From positions 3,150-67,149 of the forward strand of contig JBNJDX010000001.1 of NCBI GenBank assembly GCA_051745285.1: DNA of 64,000 nt, read 5' to 3'. The position numbers and the translations under genes were made by a program. Origin of the DNA: Spirochaetota bacterium (GTDB taxonomy: Bacteria; Spirochaetota; Spirochaetia; CAKZLE01). A model generated the notes under the pieces. The model worked only from the letters and a program-made list of their open reading frames with translations, did not search any database and was not told the DNA's origin. Below are positions 46,600-56,098 of this stretch, one piece after another. Position 1 is the first letter of the stretch; each line of letters opens with the position of its first letter.

Positions 46600-48849
46600 A
46601 TGGACACGGTGAGTACGTGCAAGCAAACTATCGTCGATGCTATTGCCGATGAGAACCCCATTATTGCCGGCATATTGAGAAACAGGGAGTTGAGCCTTGA
46701 AGCTCAGATAGAACAGATCCGTACTTCCATCCTCCAGTCTCTTCGGGAACACCCGAAAGCATATGCCTATTATACCGGAAAGGAATCGGGAGAAAAGGCG
46801 TTTTTTTGCCTCTCCTGGCGCGACTTTTCGTTTATCAGAATGCTTGACTATCTTGAGCATGAGGGAGAAGCCTTCTCGGATGCAAACTTACGCGGCGCGC
46901 ATGTGGTCTCAAGTCCCATCGCCACTCTAAAAAGAGCCCTCGTAGACCGTATATGTGATGCCCATGAAGATTTCTACCTCGATCTTCTCCATCTGTTCAG
47001 ACAGCTCAACGGTATAGACCGCCCTGAGCTGCCCTCAAGACAGCAGGCACTTGACTGGATGGCACGACATCCATCCGGCCTAGATCAGGAAATAATCAAG
47101 CTCCGTGAAGAAAATAAGGCACGAATTATCAACCTGCTCTACGAGGATATGTCAAGCCGACCTGCATCCAAGAAGTTCCCGCTGCCGCCTGGAGGCAGTC
47201 CTCAGGAGGCTATCGAACTGCTCTACCAGTACTGGGAGACTGATTCCTTCCATCTTTCGTATGCTGTCCGTAATGCTGAGGACCTTCATCGTTATCTGGC
47301 CTACTCCCTCTCTGAGAAGACCCTGCAGATCATGCGTGAGGCTTCCCAGAAAGGCATCCCCATATTCATAACTCCCTATGTCCTGTCGCTCATGCTCATA
47401 GACCCGCCGGAACAGTATCGGTACGCCGATTCGGTTATTCGCGATTATGTGCTCTATTCGCAGGAACTCGTTGAAGAGTTCGGTATGATTACTGCGTGGG
47501 AGAAGGAAGATATTGCCGAACCGGGGAAACCCAACGCGGCCGGATGGATATTACCCTCAAATAATATCCATCGGCGCTATCCCAACGTTGCTATCTTTAT
47601 CCCCTCAACCATGGGGCGGGCTTGTGGAGGACTCTGTGCCTACTGCCAGCGCATGTACGATTTCCAGAACGGACGGTTTAACTTTGACCTGGACCGCTTG
47701 CGTCCAAATGAAAAATGGCCTGTCAAGTTGAAACGCTTGATGAAGTATTTTGAGGAAGACTCCCACATTCAGGACATTCTGATCACTGGTGGGGATGCAA
47801 TGATGAGTTCAGTTGACTCGCTCAGGGACATTCTTGATGCGGTGTACACCATGGCAGTTAACAAAATCAGGGCTAACAGAAAGCGGCCTGATGGAAAAAA
47901 GTATGCAGAAATTGTCCGTGTCCGCCTCGGCACAAAGATCCCCATCTACTTACCGCACCGGATCACAGCTGACCGCGTGCAGGTCTTAGCTGATTTCAAG
48001 CGGCGAGCTTCAGACATAGGAATCCGGCAGTTCATTATTCAGACCCACTACTCCAGTGCCATGGAGATAACTCCACAGTCTAGAGAAGCAGTCAAGCTGC
48101 TGCTGCAAGCGGGCTGGACTGTAACGAACCAGGAAGTCTTTACCGTCAGTGCTTCACGGAGGGGGCACACAGCACGCCTCCGCCAGGTGCTCGCAGACAT
48201 CGGTGTCCTGCCCTACTATACCTTCACTGTAAAGGGATACCATGAGAATAAGCACTTTTTCGCTAACAACTCCCGCTCGATCCAGGAGCAGATTGAGGAG
48301 AAGTCCATCGGCCGGGTTGATCCGAAGTACTACAGCCATATACGTAGCTTCATGAAAACAGCTGAAATCATGCAGCAGCAGATCGACGACATTCGCAATG
48401 CTGAGGAAATCCCCTTTCTGGCGACCGATCGAAACACCATCAACCTGCCTGGAGTCGGTAAAAGTAATACGTACCGTACGATTGGAATCACGAAAGATGG
48501 TCGTAGAATACTCGCATTTGACCAGGATCACAGCAGACCACACAGCCCGATCATTGATACCATGGGCAAGGTGATTATTATTGAGTCAAAGTCCGTGGCT
48601 GCTTATATGCGGCAGCTTGAACAATTGGGCGAATCTCCCGAAGAGTATGAGAGTATCTGGGGCTATTCAGCCGGCTACATAGAAACAAGAATTCCGGTTT
48701 TTGACTATCCAGGGTATATCTTTACGGTCACAGATGACTTTACCAACCTTGAACTTCCTCACGAGCAGTTGAAGAAGCACCAGTCCCATTTGACCGCGAT
48801 AGAATATGTCGATCATGATAGTGACATTAATGAAGGCAGTAGCGAATAA
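46600..48849 (+). CDS. KamA-family (lysine 2,3-aminomutase-like) radical SAM protein, unusually long
   Basis: 749 aa. Cluster motif CGGLCAYC at residues 342-349. KamA-type flanks (IFITPYVLSLM, ILITGGDAMM). Confidence 0.8.
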   Translation: MDTVSTCKQTIVDAIADENPIIAGILRNRELSLEAQIEQIRTSILQSLREHPKAYAYYTGKESGEKAFFCLSWRDFSFIRMLDYLEHEGEAFSDANLRGAHVVSSPIATLKRALVDRICDAHEDFYLDLLHLFRQLNGIDRPELPSRQQALDWMARHPSGLDQEIIKLREENKARIINLLYEDMSSRPASKKFPLPPGGSPQEAIELLYQYWETDSFHLSYAVRNAEDLHRYLAYSLSEKTLQIMREASQKGIPIFITPYVLSLMLIDPPEQYRYADSVIRDYVLYSQELVEEFGMITAWEKEDIAEPGKPNAAGWILPSNNIHRRYPNVAIFIPSTMGRACGGLCAYCQRMYDFQNGRFNFDLDRLRPNEKWPVKLKRLMKYFEEDSHIQDILITGGDAMMSSVDSLRDILDAVYTMAVNKIRANRKRPDGKKYAEIVRVRLGTKIPIYLPHRITADRVQVLADFKRRASDIGIRQFIIQTHYSSAMEITPQSREAVKLLLQAGWTVTNQEVFTVSASRRGHTARLRQVLADIGVLPYYTFTVKGYHENKHFFANNSRSIQEQIEEKSIGRVDPKYYSHIRSFMKTAEIMQQQIDDIRNAEEIPFLATDRNTINLPGVGKSNTYRTIGITKDGRRILAFDQDHSRPHSPIIDTMGKVIIIESKSVAAYMRQLEQLGESPEEYESIWGYSAGYIETRIPVFDYPGYIFTVTDDFTNLELPHEQLKKHQSHLTAIEYVDHDSDINEGSSE

Positions 48850-49632
48850 ATGAACGATATGGATATTGTCGAATACAACCGAAAGGCGTGGAACAAAGAG
48901 GTAGATCGCAAAAACCCATGGACCGTGCCGGTCTGCTCAGAGGTAATAAACCAAGCCCGGCAGGGCAGTTGGGAGCTTGTTCTAACCCCCAGAAAAGCTG
49001 TTCCCCGCAGCTGGTTTGGTGACATCCGGGGGATGGATATACTGTGCCTTGCCTCCGGAGGAGGACAACAGGGACCCATACTCGCAGCGGCCGGTGCCCA
49101 CGTTACGGTGTGTGACAACTCCGAGGCACAGCTTGCTAGCGACAGGAAACTCTCAGATCAGTTCAATCTCGGGATTACCACAGTACAGCGGGATATGAGA
49201 AATCTAGCCTGCTTCGACGATGATACCTTCGATCTTGTATTCCATCCTGTGTCGAACCTCTTTATCGAGGATCCGCTTCCTGTCTGGAGAGAATGCTTTC
49301 GAGTGCTTAAACCTGGGGGGCATCTGTTATCCGGATTCTGTAATCCTGTCATTTTCATGTTTCCGGACGAGGAACAGGGTAAGGACAATTTACTGCGAGC
49401 GATCTATCAGCTTCCCTACTCCGACATACTTCACAGAGACGGCACCGAACTGAAGCACATAATGGATCAGTCCGAACCCCTGGAGTTCGGCCATACCCTC
49501 ACCCAGCAAATCGGAGGCCAGCTTACCGCGGGTTTTGTCATTACTGATATGTATGAAGACAGCTTTGGCGAAACAGCGCTCGAACAGCTCACCGACACCT
49601 TCATTGCCACAAGAGCGCGAAAGGAACGTTAA
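48850..49632 (+). CDS. Class I SAM-dependent methyltransferase
   Basis: 260 aa. Motif I ILCLASGGGQQG, motif post-I VTVCDNS, LKPGGHLL. The ATG abuts the TAA of the KamA-like gene. Confidence 0.8.
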   Translation: MNDMDIVEYNRKAWNKEVDRKNPWTVPVCSEVINQARQGSWELVLTPRKAVPRSWFGDIRGMDILCLASGGGQQGPILAAAGAHVTVCDNSEAQLASDRKLSDQFNLGITTVQRDMRNLACFDDDTFDLVFHPVSNLFIEDPLPVWRECFRVLKPGGHLLSGFCNPVIFMFPDEEQGKDNLLRAIYQLPYSDILHRDGTELKHIMDQSEPLEFGHTLTQQIGGQLTAGFVITDMYEDSFGETALEQLTDTFIATRARKER

Positions 49633-52600
49633 GCCCTAACACGATTTTGAATGAGTTCGTCCACAAGAAACTCCATCCGGTTAATGACATTCACTTCACT
49701 CATTCCCGAGTCCATATCAAGAAACAAGAGGTTTAAATTCGGGTAGAGTGACTTAATCCGCTTTTCCACACCCTTGGCAATTACGTGGTTGGCAATGCAG
49801 CCGAAGGGTTGGAGACAGACAACGGTATCAACTCCCTCTTCGGCAAAGGTTGCTATATCACCGGAGAGCAGCCAGGCCTCTCCGTATTGATTAATCAGGT
49901 CGATAACCTGGGTGGCCTTCTTTGCCATCTTCCGTATGGAATGAAACGGTACAAGTTCGCCTTTGAAGTCGTTCATGATCGAGTTCACCTCGGCAAAGGT
50001 GCGATCCATAAACCCCTCTGCGCGCGAGAGCAGATGGATGATAAACTGCTTCACCTCGTCAATATGGTTTTTTGCATTGTACTGCGTAGAGATCAACGGG
50101 ATTAAAAAGAAATCAATAAGCGGTGGGACTTCCGGCTGAATTCCCTTGTTCACCAGCCAGTCGGTAGTATAGTGATTCCCGAACGGATTGAATTTCACAT
50201 ATATCTCTCCGACAATCCCGACTTTTGGGACTTCTTCAAGATGCTTCATTGGCAGTTGATTGAACTCGTTTACCGCCCTCTTAAGCAGTCGAAACATCTG
50301 CTTGCGCCCACGCTGGTCAATACTGTTTTTTCCCAGTTCGATATACTTTTCTACCAGTTGCATCGCTGAGCCCTTCTCCACTTCACGTACTGACGCGTAA
50401 TAGTAGAGTTTTGCCAGCACATCACCGTAGAGAAGTCCGTAGAGTGCTGTCAGTGCGAAGGGAAGTTTTCGAACAGTGAACCCCGGTTGTTCATTCAGCG
50501 ATTTATCTCCCTTGTTGTTTGTCGAAGCAGTAACTACCGGGATATAATCATAGCCAGCCCGTACAAGGGCGCGCTTTAAAAGCGAGACATAACTCGAAGC
50601 CCGGCACTGACCTCCGGTTTGGGTCAGCCCAACGGCAACATTCTGCAGATCGTATTTTCCGCTGCGCAGTGCTTTGATCAAATCCCCAATAACAATAGTG
50701 GCGGGATAACAGATGTCGTTGTTCGAGTATCTAAGTCCCAATTCAATACTTTCACGGTCTCCGAGGGGAAGGACATCAATAGTGTAGCCCTGGTTCCTGA
50801 AGGCTGCGATGAGAAAATCAGTATAAAACGGGGAGAACTGCGGAGCGATAACGGTCTTCTTCTTGTCATCCTTTGTAAATATTTTTGTCTGAATTCGCTC
50901 GATGGCTGTACCCTTGAAGTCTTTTTTTCGCCCCCGGATTGACTCCACCAGGGAACGGACTCTGAGTTTTACCGAACCGGGACTCGTCATTTCGTCTATT
51001 CGAATAAGGGTCGGATTTTTTCCTGACAGATTTAAAATTGATTTCACTTCATCGACGGTGATAGCATCCGGTCCGCAACCGAAAGAATTAAGCTGAATGA
51101 CCTCAACATGATCCTGGCCTCGAGCCCAGTGGGCAGCATGATACAACCTATTCGGATAGGACCACTGGGTAAGCACATGCACATCCTGCAGCTTTTCCTT
51201 CGGGGATAACGGTACGGAGTCCTCGGTAATGACATCAAACCCGAGAGCACTGATAACCTCTGGAATTTTCATATTCACCAACGGGTCGACGTGATACGGG
51301 CGGCCGAGCAGCAGCATGACCTTCCTCCCCTCTGAAGCAGCTTTCTTTTGAATCTCGTCTGCTTTCTCGCGGAGGAGGCGCTTGACCTTCTCACTCTCGT
51401 TTATCGCTGCTTGAAAAGCTTTTTCAGCCACTTTTCGAGAAACCCCCAAGGTGGTGAGATATTGAACACAACGACGTAAAAGTAGTTTTTTCTTCTCAAA
51501 ACTAAACGAAGGGTTGTCGAAGGGAACCCCGTAACGACTCTCAGGCTCGATTGAAGACTCTATTACCTGAGGATAACCGGTTACAACCGGGCAGTTATAC
51601 CCATTGAGAGCGTTTTTAAACTCCCCTTTGTTGTAGCGAACCTTCGGATAGAAAATCCGATCAACCTGTTTATTTATCAGATTCATCATATGGCCGTTGG
51701 TGATCTTTGCAGGGAAGCAAATATTCTCAGACATTACCGTGCTGTAGCCAGTCTCGGCCAGTTGCTGGGTTGAAGGATCAGAAAGCACCACCTCAAAACC
51801 GCTGGATACAAATAACGTTGCCCAGAAGGGAAAGTCCTCCCAGATGTTGAGAGCTCGTGGAATACCGATACGGATGGGAGAGTTCCGATCCTCCGGGGTC
51901 AGTTGACGTTCAAAAAGCAGTTCCCGTTTGATCTCGGGGAGGTTCTCTCCTGTGTATGTATGCTTTGCCTGATTGGTAAATACCTTCTCACATTTGTTCC
52001 CAGTGAAAAAACGGGCGGCTTTTCCGTCAGCCTGCAGCCGATTGTCAAAGGTCAGCATGACGACCATACACTGATTCTCGCATCCTCGGCAGGTGATACG
52101 CTTTTTGGAATACTCTGCTGCCTGTTGAAAGTGGTCCCATCCGATAAACGATGATTCGCCCTTATTGGTTGTTTGCTCGTAGCGGTCTTTTGCTAACAGA
52201 GCGGCTCCCCAGGCACCCATTAATTCGGACCGATCTGGCCGTATAACCCGGCGTTGTGTAACGAGCTCCATTGCCCGCAATACAGCAGGATTTCGAAAGG
52301 TTCCCCCCTGCACTACGATATGATTGCCAAGCACACTTGAATCTGAAATCTTGAGCACTTTATTGAGGCAGTTCTTTATCACCGAGTAGGCTAACCCTGC
52401 TGAAATATCTCCTATTTCTCCCCCTTCCCGTAGTACCTGCTTTACCTTGGAGTTCATGAAGACAGTACAACGGGACCCGAGATCGCAGGGCGCCTGTGCT
52501 GTACAGGCAAGGCGTGAAAATCGCTGAACATCGGTATTCATGGACTGGGCAAACGTCTGAATAAATGAGCCCGAACCGGACGAACAGGACTCGTTGAGCT

Positions 52601-53957
52601 CAATGTTTTGAATCACCCCGTTTTTCACGAAAATGGCTTTCATGTCCTGGCCACCAATATCCATAATGAAGGATACATCCGGTTCAAAAAACCGTGCTCC
52701 CCGGTAGTGGGCTATAGTTTCGACATAACTGTAATCCAGGTTAAACGCAAACTTGATCAAGTCTTCCCCGTATCCAGTTGAAGCTGTGCTAGCTAAATGA
52801 ACTTGTACATGTTTTTCGTCGAGTTCCTGCTGTAACTGCCGAAGTCCGGTGATTACCGTCTCTACGGGATTGCCTTTGTTTGTTGCGTAGAAGGAGTAGC
52901 CGAGCCGCCCATCAACATCAATGAGAACAATCTTCGTGGTAGTTGAGCCTGAATCAATGCCAATAAAGACGTCCTTTCCATCAAGCTCACTCAGGTCAAC
53001 CTGCTTGATGGAGTACTGCTCAAAGCGCTTCTCCCACTCAACAAACTCCTGCTCATTCTCAAAAAGCCTCGGAAGCGTCGGAGTGGAAGAGAGACGGATA
53101 TGGCGGGAATCCTGAAGAGTTTGAACCAGTGACGACATAGAAAAAGCTCTTCCGGTACTCCGGGCACGGAGAGCCGCCCCGGCGGCGGGTATAAACTCGT
53201 TGGAAAGTTCGGGGTCAACAACCCGCGGATCTACCACATCATCGTCACCCATCTCAACGATTTCAAGAAAGGTCCTTCGAAGTTCGGGTTGGAAGGAGAA
53301 TGGCCCTCCGGCGAACAGTAATTTTCCCCTGATGTCCATTCCGCGAGCAAGTGAACTGATCAGTTGAAAAGAAACAGCCCGGTAGATGGAGGCGGCAATA
53401 TCAGCACTCGGGATATCCCTGCTGATAAGATTCTGGATATCGGTTTTTGCAAAGACTCCACAACGGGAGGCTATCGCATAGGTGTCAGTTGATTTTTCTG
53501 CCTCAGCACTGAGTTGAGCAACCGGAACATGCAGCAGTTCAGCCATCTGGTCAATAAAAGACCCCGTACCGCCTGCACAGTTTCCGTTCATGCGCATATC
53601 CGGTTTCAGATTGTCATCAAAGAAAATGATTTTTGCATCTTCCCCGCCGAGGTCAATGAATGTTCTCACCTCCGGTAGATATTTCTTGATCACCTCCCCG
53701 GAGGCCACAACTTCCTGTACAAAGGGTACAGTAGAGCGCTCAGCTATTCCCATTCCGGCTGTCCCGGTGAAGAGAACCGAAACAACGTTCTCTGAGCCGG
53801 TCATCTTTTCAACTTCCTGCAGCATTTCTAGAAGAATGCGAAATACTTCAGCGTTGTGACGTTGGTATTTTGACAGGAGGATGGTTCCCTCCGAATTCGT
53901 GAGTACGACTTTTGCGGTGGTCGATCCAATGTCAATTCCTAGGAAAAAGTCTGCCAT
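49629..53957 (-). CDS. Fusion protein: two BcrAD/BadFG (HgdC-type) activase ATPase domains plus a large dehydratase-related (DUF2229-like) C-terminal region
   Basis: ATG53957 after AGAGGGA. Two ASKHA starts (LGIDIGSTTAKVVL and IGIDSGSTTTKIVL), each followed by a cluster-ligand motif (NGNCAGGTGSFID and NESCSSGSGSFIQ). About 800 aa of C-terminal extension. Confidence 0.8.
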   Translation of the reverse strand: MADFFLGIDIGSTTAKVVLTNSEGTILLSKYQRHNAEVFRILLEMLQEVEKMTGSENVVSVLFTGTAGMGIAERSTVPFVQEVVASGEVIKKYLPEVRTFIDLGGEDAKIIFFDDNLKPDMRMNGNCAGGTGSFIDQMAELLHVPVAQLSAEAEKSTDTYAIASRCGVFAKTDIQNLISRDIPSADIAASIYRAVSFQLISSLARGMDIRGKLLFAGGPFSFQPELRRTFLEIVEMGDDDVVDPRVVDPELSNEFIPAAGAALRARSTGRAFSMSSLVQTLQDSRHIRLSSTPTLPRLFENEQEFVEWEKRFEQYSIKQVDLSELDGKDVFIGIDSGSTTTKIVLIDVDGRLGYSFYATNKGNPVETVITGLRQLQQELDEKHVQVHLASTASTGYGEDLIKFAFNLDYSYVETIAHYRGARFFEPDVSFIMDIGGQDMKAIFVKNGVIQNIELNESCSSGSGSFIQTFAQSMNTDVQRFSRLACTAQAPCDLGSRCTVFMNSKVKQVLREGGEIGDISAGLAYSVIKNCLNKVLKISDSSVLGNHIVVQGGTFRNPAVLRAMELVTQRRVIRPDRSELMGAWGAALLAKDRYEQTTNKGESSFIGWDHFQQAAEYSKKRITCRGCENQCMVVMLTFDNRLQADGKAARFFTGNKCEKVFTNQAKHTYTGENLPEIKRELLFERQLTPEDRNSPIRIGIPRALNIWEDFPFWATLFVSSGFEVVLSDPSTQQLAETGYSTVMSENICFPAKITNGHMMNLINKQVDRIFYPKVRYNKGEFKNALNGYNCPVVTGYPQVIESSIEPESRYGVPFDNPSFSFEKKKLLLRRCVQYLTTLGVSRKVAEKAFQAAINESEKVKRLLREKADEIQKKAASEGRKVMLLLGRPYHVDPLVNMKIPEVISALGFDVITEDSVPLSPKEKLQDVHVLTQWSYPNRLYHAAHWARGQDHVEVIQLNSFGCGPDAITVDEVKSILNLSGKNPTLIRIDEMTSPGSVKLRVRSLVESIRGRKKDFKGTAIERIQTKIFTKDDKKKTVIAPQFSPFYTDFLIAAFRNQGYTIDVLPLGDRESIELGLRYSNNDICYPATIVIGDLIKALRSGKYDLQNVAVGLTQTGGQCRASSYVSLLKRALVRAGYDYIPVVTASTNNKGDKSLNEQPGFTVRKLPFALTALYGLLYGDVLAKLYYYASVREVEKGSAMQLVEKYIELGKNSIDQRGRKQMFRLLKRAVNEFNQLPMKHLEEVPKVGIVGEIYVKFNPFGNHYTTDWLVNKGIQPEVPPLIDFFLIPLISTQYNAKNHIDEVKQFIIHLLSRAEGFMDRTFAEVNSIMNDFKGELVPFHSIRKMAKKATQVIDLINQYGEAWLLSGDIATFAEEGVDTVVCLQPFGCIANHVIAKGVEKRIKSLYPNLNLLFLDMDSGMSEVNVINRMEFLVDELIQNRVRA

Positions 53958-54125
53958 ACATCCCTCTAGTTGATTACTCGTAAACTGCGTCATAGTACCG
54001 CAAAATACTATGGCTCTCAATACCTTGTAGTTGAATTATCTCAAAGTGACTGACTTAAATACTAAGTCTTTTTCTCATTCTTTCACAGCCTGAGACCTCT
54101 GGTTTCCGTGTTATACTTAGAGATT

Positions 54126-54716
54126 ATGAGTTCAACACGAGTGGTCATCATCGGGTCAACACGGAAGCACATGGGTAAGACTACACTGGTATGCAGATCT
54201 CTTGAGCTTCTCAGCGGGGATGTCACAAAAACAGCAGTGAAAGTCACTCCCCTTGAGGATGATCACACAGCTGAAAAACTGCTTAAGACTCTGCAGGAAG
54301 GAACATTTGAGGTTCTTGTGCAGCAGCCGGACTTCATGCTCCTCCGTATAACCAAAACATCGGGGGCAAAGCCCCTATCAGGGACCGATACAGATCGATA
54401 CCTAGCAGCGGGCGCCACAGCAGCGTACTGGCTGCTTACTCAGCGAAGGGCGTTGGTACCAGCCTGGAAGGAGACCTGTCTACACCTGCGGACTGGGGTG
54501 GTCTTTGTAGAGTCAACCTCCCTCGGTCTGGTTCTTGAGAAGCCGTTTTTAGTTATCAGCGATGAAGCGAAGCGGTCTAGTGAAAAAGAGTTAGCGAGAG
54601 AGGCAGTGCTTCGTGCGGACTGGGTTCTCGACCCGCTCTCAGCCCTGTACGGCAGCTGGTACCTGAGCTTTCATCAGGGCTATGTTTCCCTTATTCAATG
54701 TTCTCCGCCAGAATAA
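54126..54716 (+). CDS. Hypothetical protein, divergent MobB-like P-loop fold
   Basis: N-terminus VVIIGSTRKHMGKTTL (imperfect Walker A), DTDRYLAAGA (compare MobB DSYxxxxAGA) and VVFVEST (compare LILVEGF). Weak SD and uncertain start. Confidence 0.4.
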   Translation: MSSTRVVIIGSTRKHMGKTTLVCRSLELLSGDVTKTAVKVTPLEDDHTAEKLLKTLQEGTFEVLVQQPDFMLLRITKTSGAKPLSGTDTDRYLAAGATAAYWLLTQRRALVPAWKETCLHLRTGVVFVESTSLGLVLEKPFLVISDEAKRSSEKELAREAVLRADWVLDPLSALYGSWYLSFHQGYVSLIQCSPPE

Positions 54717-54760
54717 GAACTCACCTGCAGGACGCAAAAACCGGCTAGCTGATAAGTATG

Positions 54761-56098
54761 TCAACTTGACTTGTGAAGACGCCACAGATCGGCGGCAAGG
54801 CTTTCTGCCGACTCCTCCGGTATAAGGGGATTCTTTCTAAGCGCATCACTATAGGTGCGTACACCGGGATGTACGCTAGCCTCAATGGTACTCCGCTCGA
54901 AGGATTTTACCTGAAGAAGCAGGTCTGTTAACTCCTTGGGAAATTCCGGGCACGGACGTGAGGGTCTGAACGCGCCATTCCGGTATCTGCTAGAGACCTC
55001 TATGACATCATCCTCATTGAGGTAACTGCAGTAGCCGTTGTTGGGTATATTAACCACAAGATCGGCTTTCACACCATGCGGTATTGCCGTGATAATATCA
55101 AAAGCCACGGCATCATAACCCCACACGCTCTCGTGGCTCAACACATCAAATGAAGGCTGCGCCTTACGCTTTATCCCGCTTTCTTTCGTCATGTAGGAAC
55201 CTTCACGACGATCCATATACTCGTTGTACACCTCGAGGGGGTCGGATTGAGGATCTTTCAGTTTGCGATAATACTCCCGGTTAAACTGTGCGATGTCCAT
55301 CGCGCGGGTCGATTGTGCCAGCTGCATCTGCCGGGTGACTTTCCCTGCATGCAAGTAATAATACAGGTACTCATTCGGAATGGTCCTTGTCCGTATCATA
55401 TACTCCCTGAGGTCCTGGTAAAACGGTTCCTCCTGTACAAACGCATCCAGTTTATTCTCCAACAGATCGGGAATAATGTCCTGTCCGTCGATACAGATTG
55501 AGCTTGCCCAGCCAAGGTGATTCAGGCCGAAGTACTGTAACGATATATCCTCCTTGGGGCGCTGATAAATCGTGCCAACAATCTTCTGAATCATAATGGG
55601 AGCATCGCAGATGCCGACATTCCGGTCATGGGAGGAAAGAGAGTGTACCGCTTGTGTTACCATTCCCGACGGATTGGAGAAATTAATGATCCAGGCCTTC
55701 TTGCTGTATGTATGAATCAGATCAGCCTGTCTCACGGCCTCGGGAATCGTTCTCATGGCCATAGAAAACCCTCCCACTCCTACAGTCTCCTGCGGGAGCA
55801 AGCCGTGAGAAAGGGCAATACGCTCATCTTCCATACGGCTCTCATCCTGCCCGACCCGGATAGAGGAAAAGACAAAATCTGCCCCATCAACAGCCTGCTC
55901 AAACGTTTCGGCGACCACGAGGTTGAATGGGTTGGAAGCGTTCTCAACGATCTTACGAATCACCCGCGTGTTTGCCTGCAGTCTACTGCGGTCAATATCA
56001 TAGAGAGCGACCTCCCCCACTGGTAGATTACGGCGCACCAGGCCCTGAAGCAGTAGGGGCGTGCGTGGGCTTCCTGCTCCGATAACTGACAGCTTCAT
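54761..56098 (-). CDS. Glycoside hydrolase family 4 (NAD/Mn-dependent 6-phospho-glycosidase-like)
   Basis: 445 aa. MKLSVIGAGSPRTP Rossmann N-terminus, NFSNPSGMVTQA, VGICDAP. Confidence 0.85.
   Translation of the reverse strand: MKLSVIGAGSPRTPLLLQGLVRRNLPVGEVALYDIDRSRLQANTRVIRKIVENASNPFNLVVAETFEQAVDGADFVFSSIRVGQDESRMEDERIALSHGLLPQETVGVGGFSMAMRTIPEAVRQADLIHTYSKKAWIINFSNPSGMVTQAVHSLSSHDRNVGICDAPIMIQKIVGTIYQRPKEDISLQYFGLNHLGWASSICIDGQDIIPDLLENKLDAFVQEEPFYQDLREYMIRTRTIPNEYLYYYLHAGKVTRQMQLAQSTRAMDIAQFNREYYRKLKDPQSDPLEVYNEYMDRREGSYMTKESGIKRKAQPSFDVLSHESVWGYDAVAFDIITAIPHGVKADLVVNIPNNGYCSYLNEDDVIEVSSRYRNGAFRPSRPCPEFPKELTDLLLQVKSFERSTIEASVHPGVRTYSDALRKNPLIPEESAESLAADLWRLHKSS

Noticed and set aside
46471-46860. 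129-aa minus-strand ORF overlapping the start of the KamA-like gene
   Set aside because: It is antisense to the KamA-like N-terminus and runs into the purH-kamA spacer. No SD and no motif.
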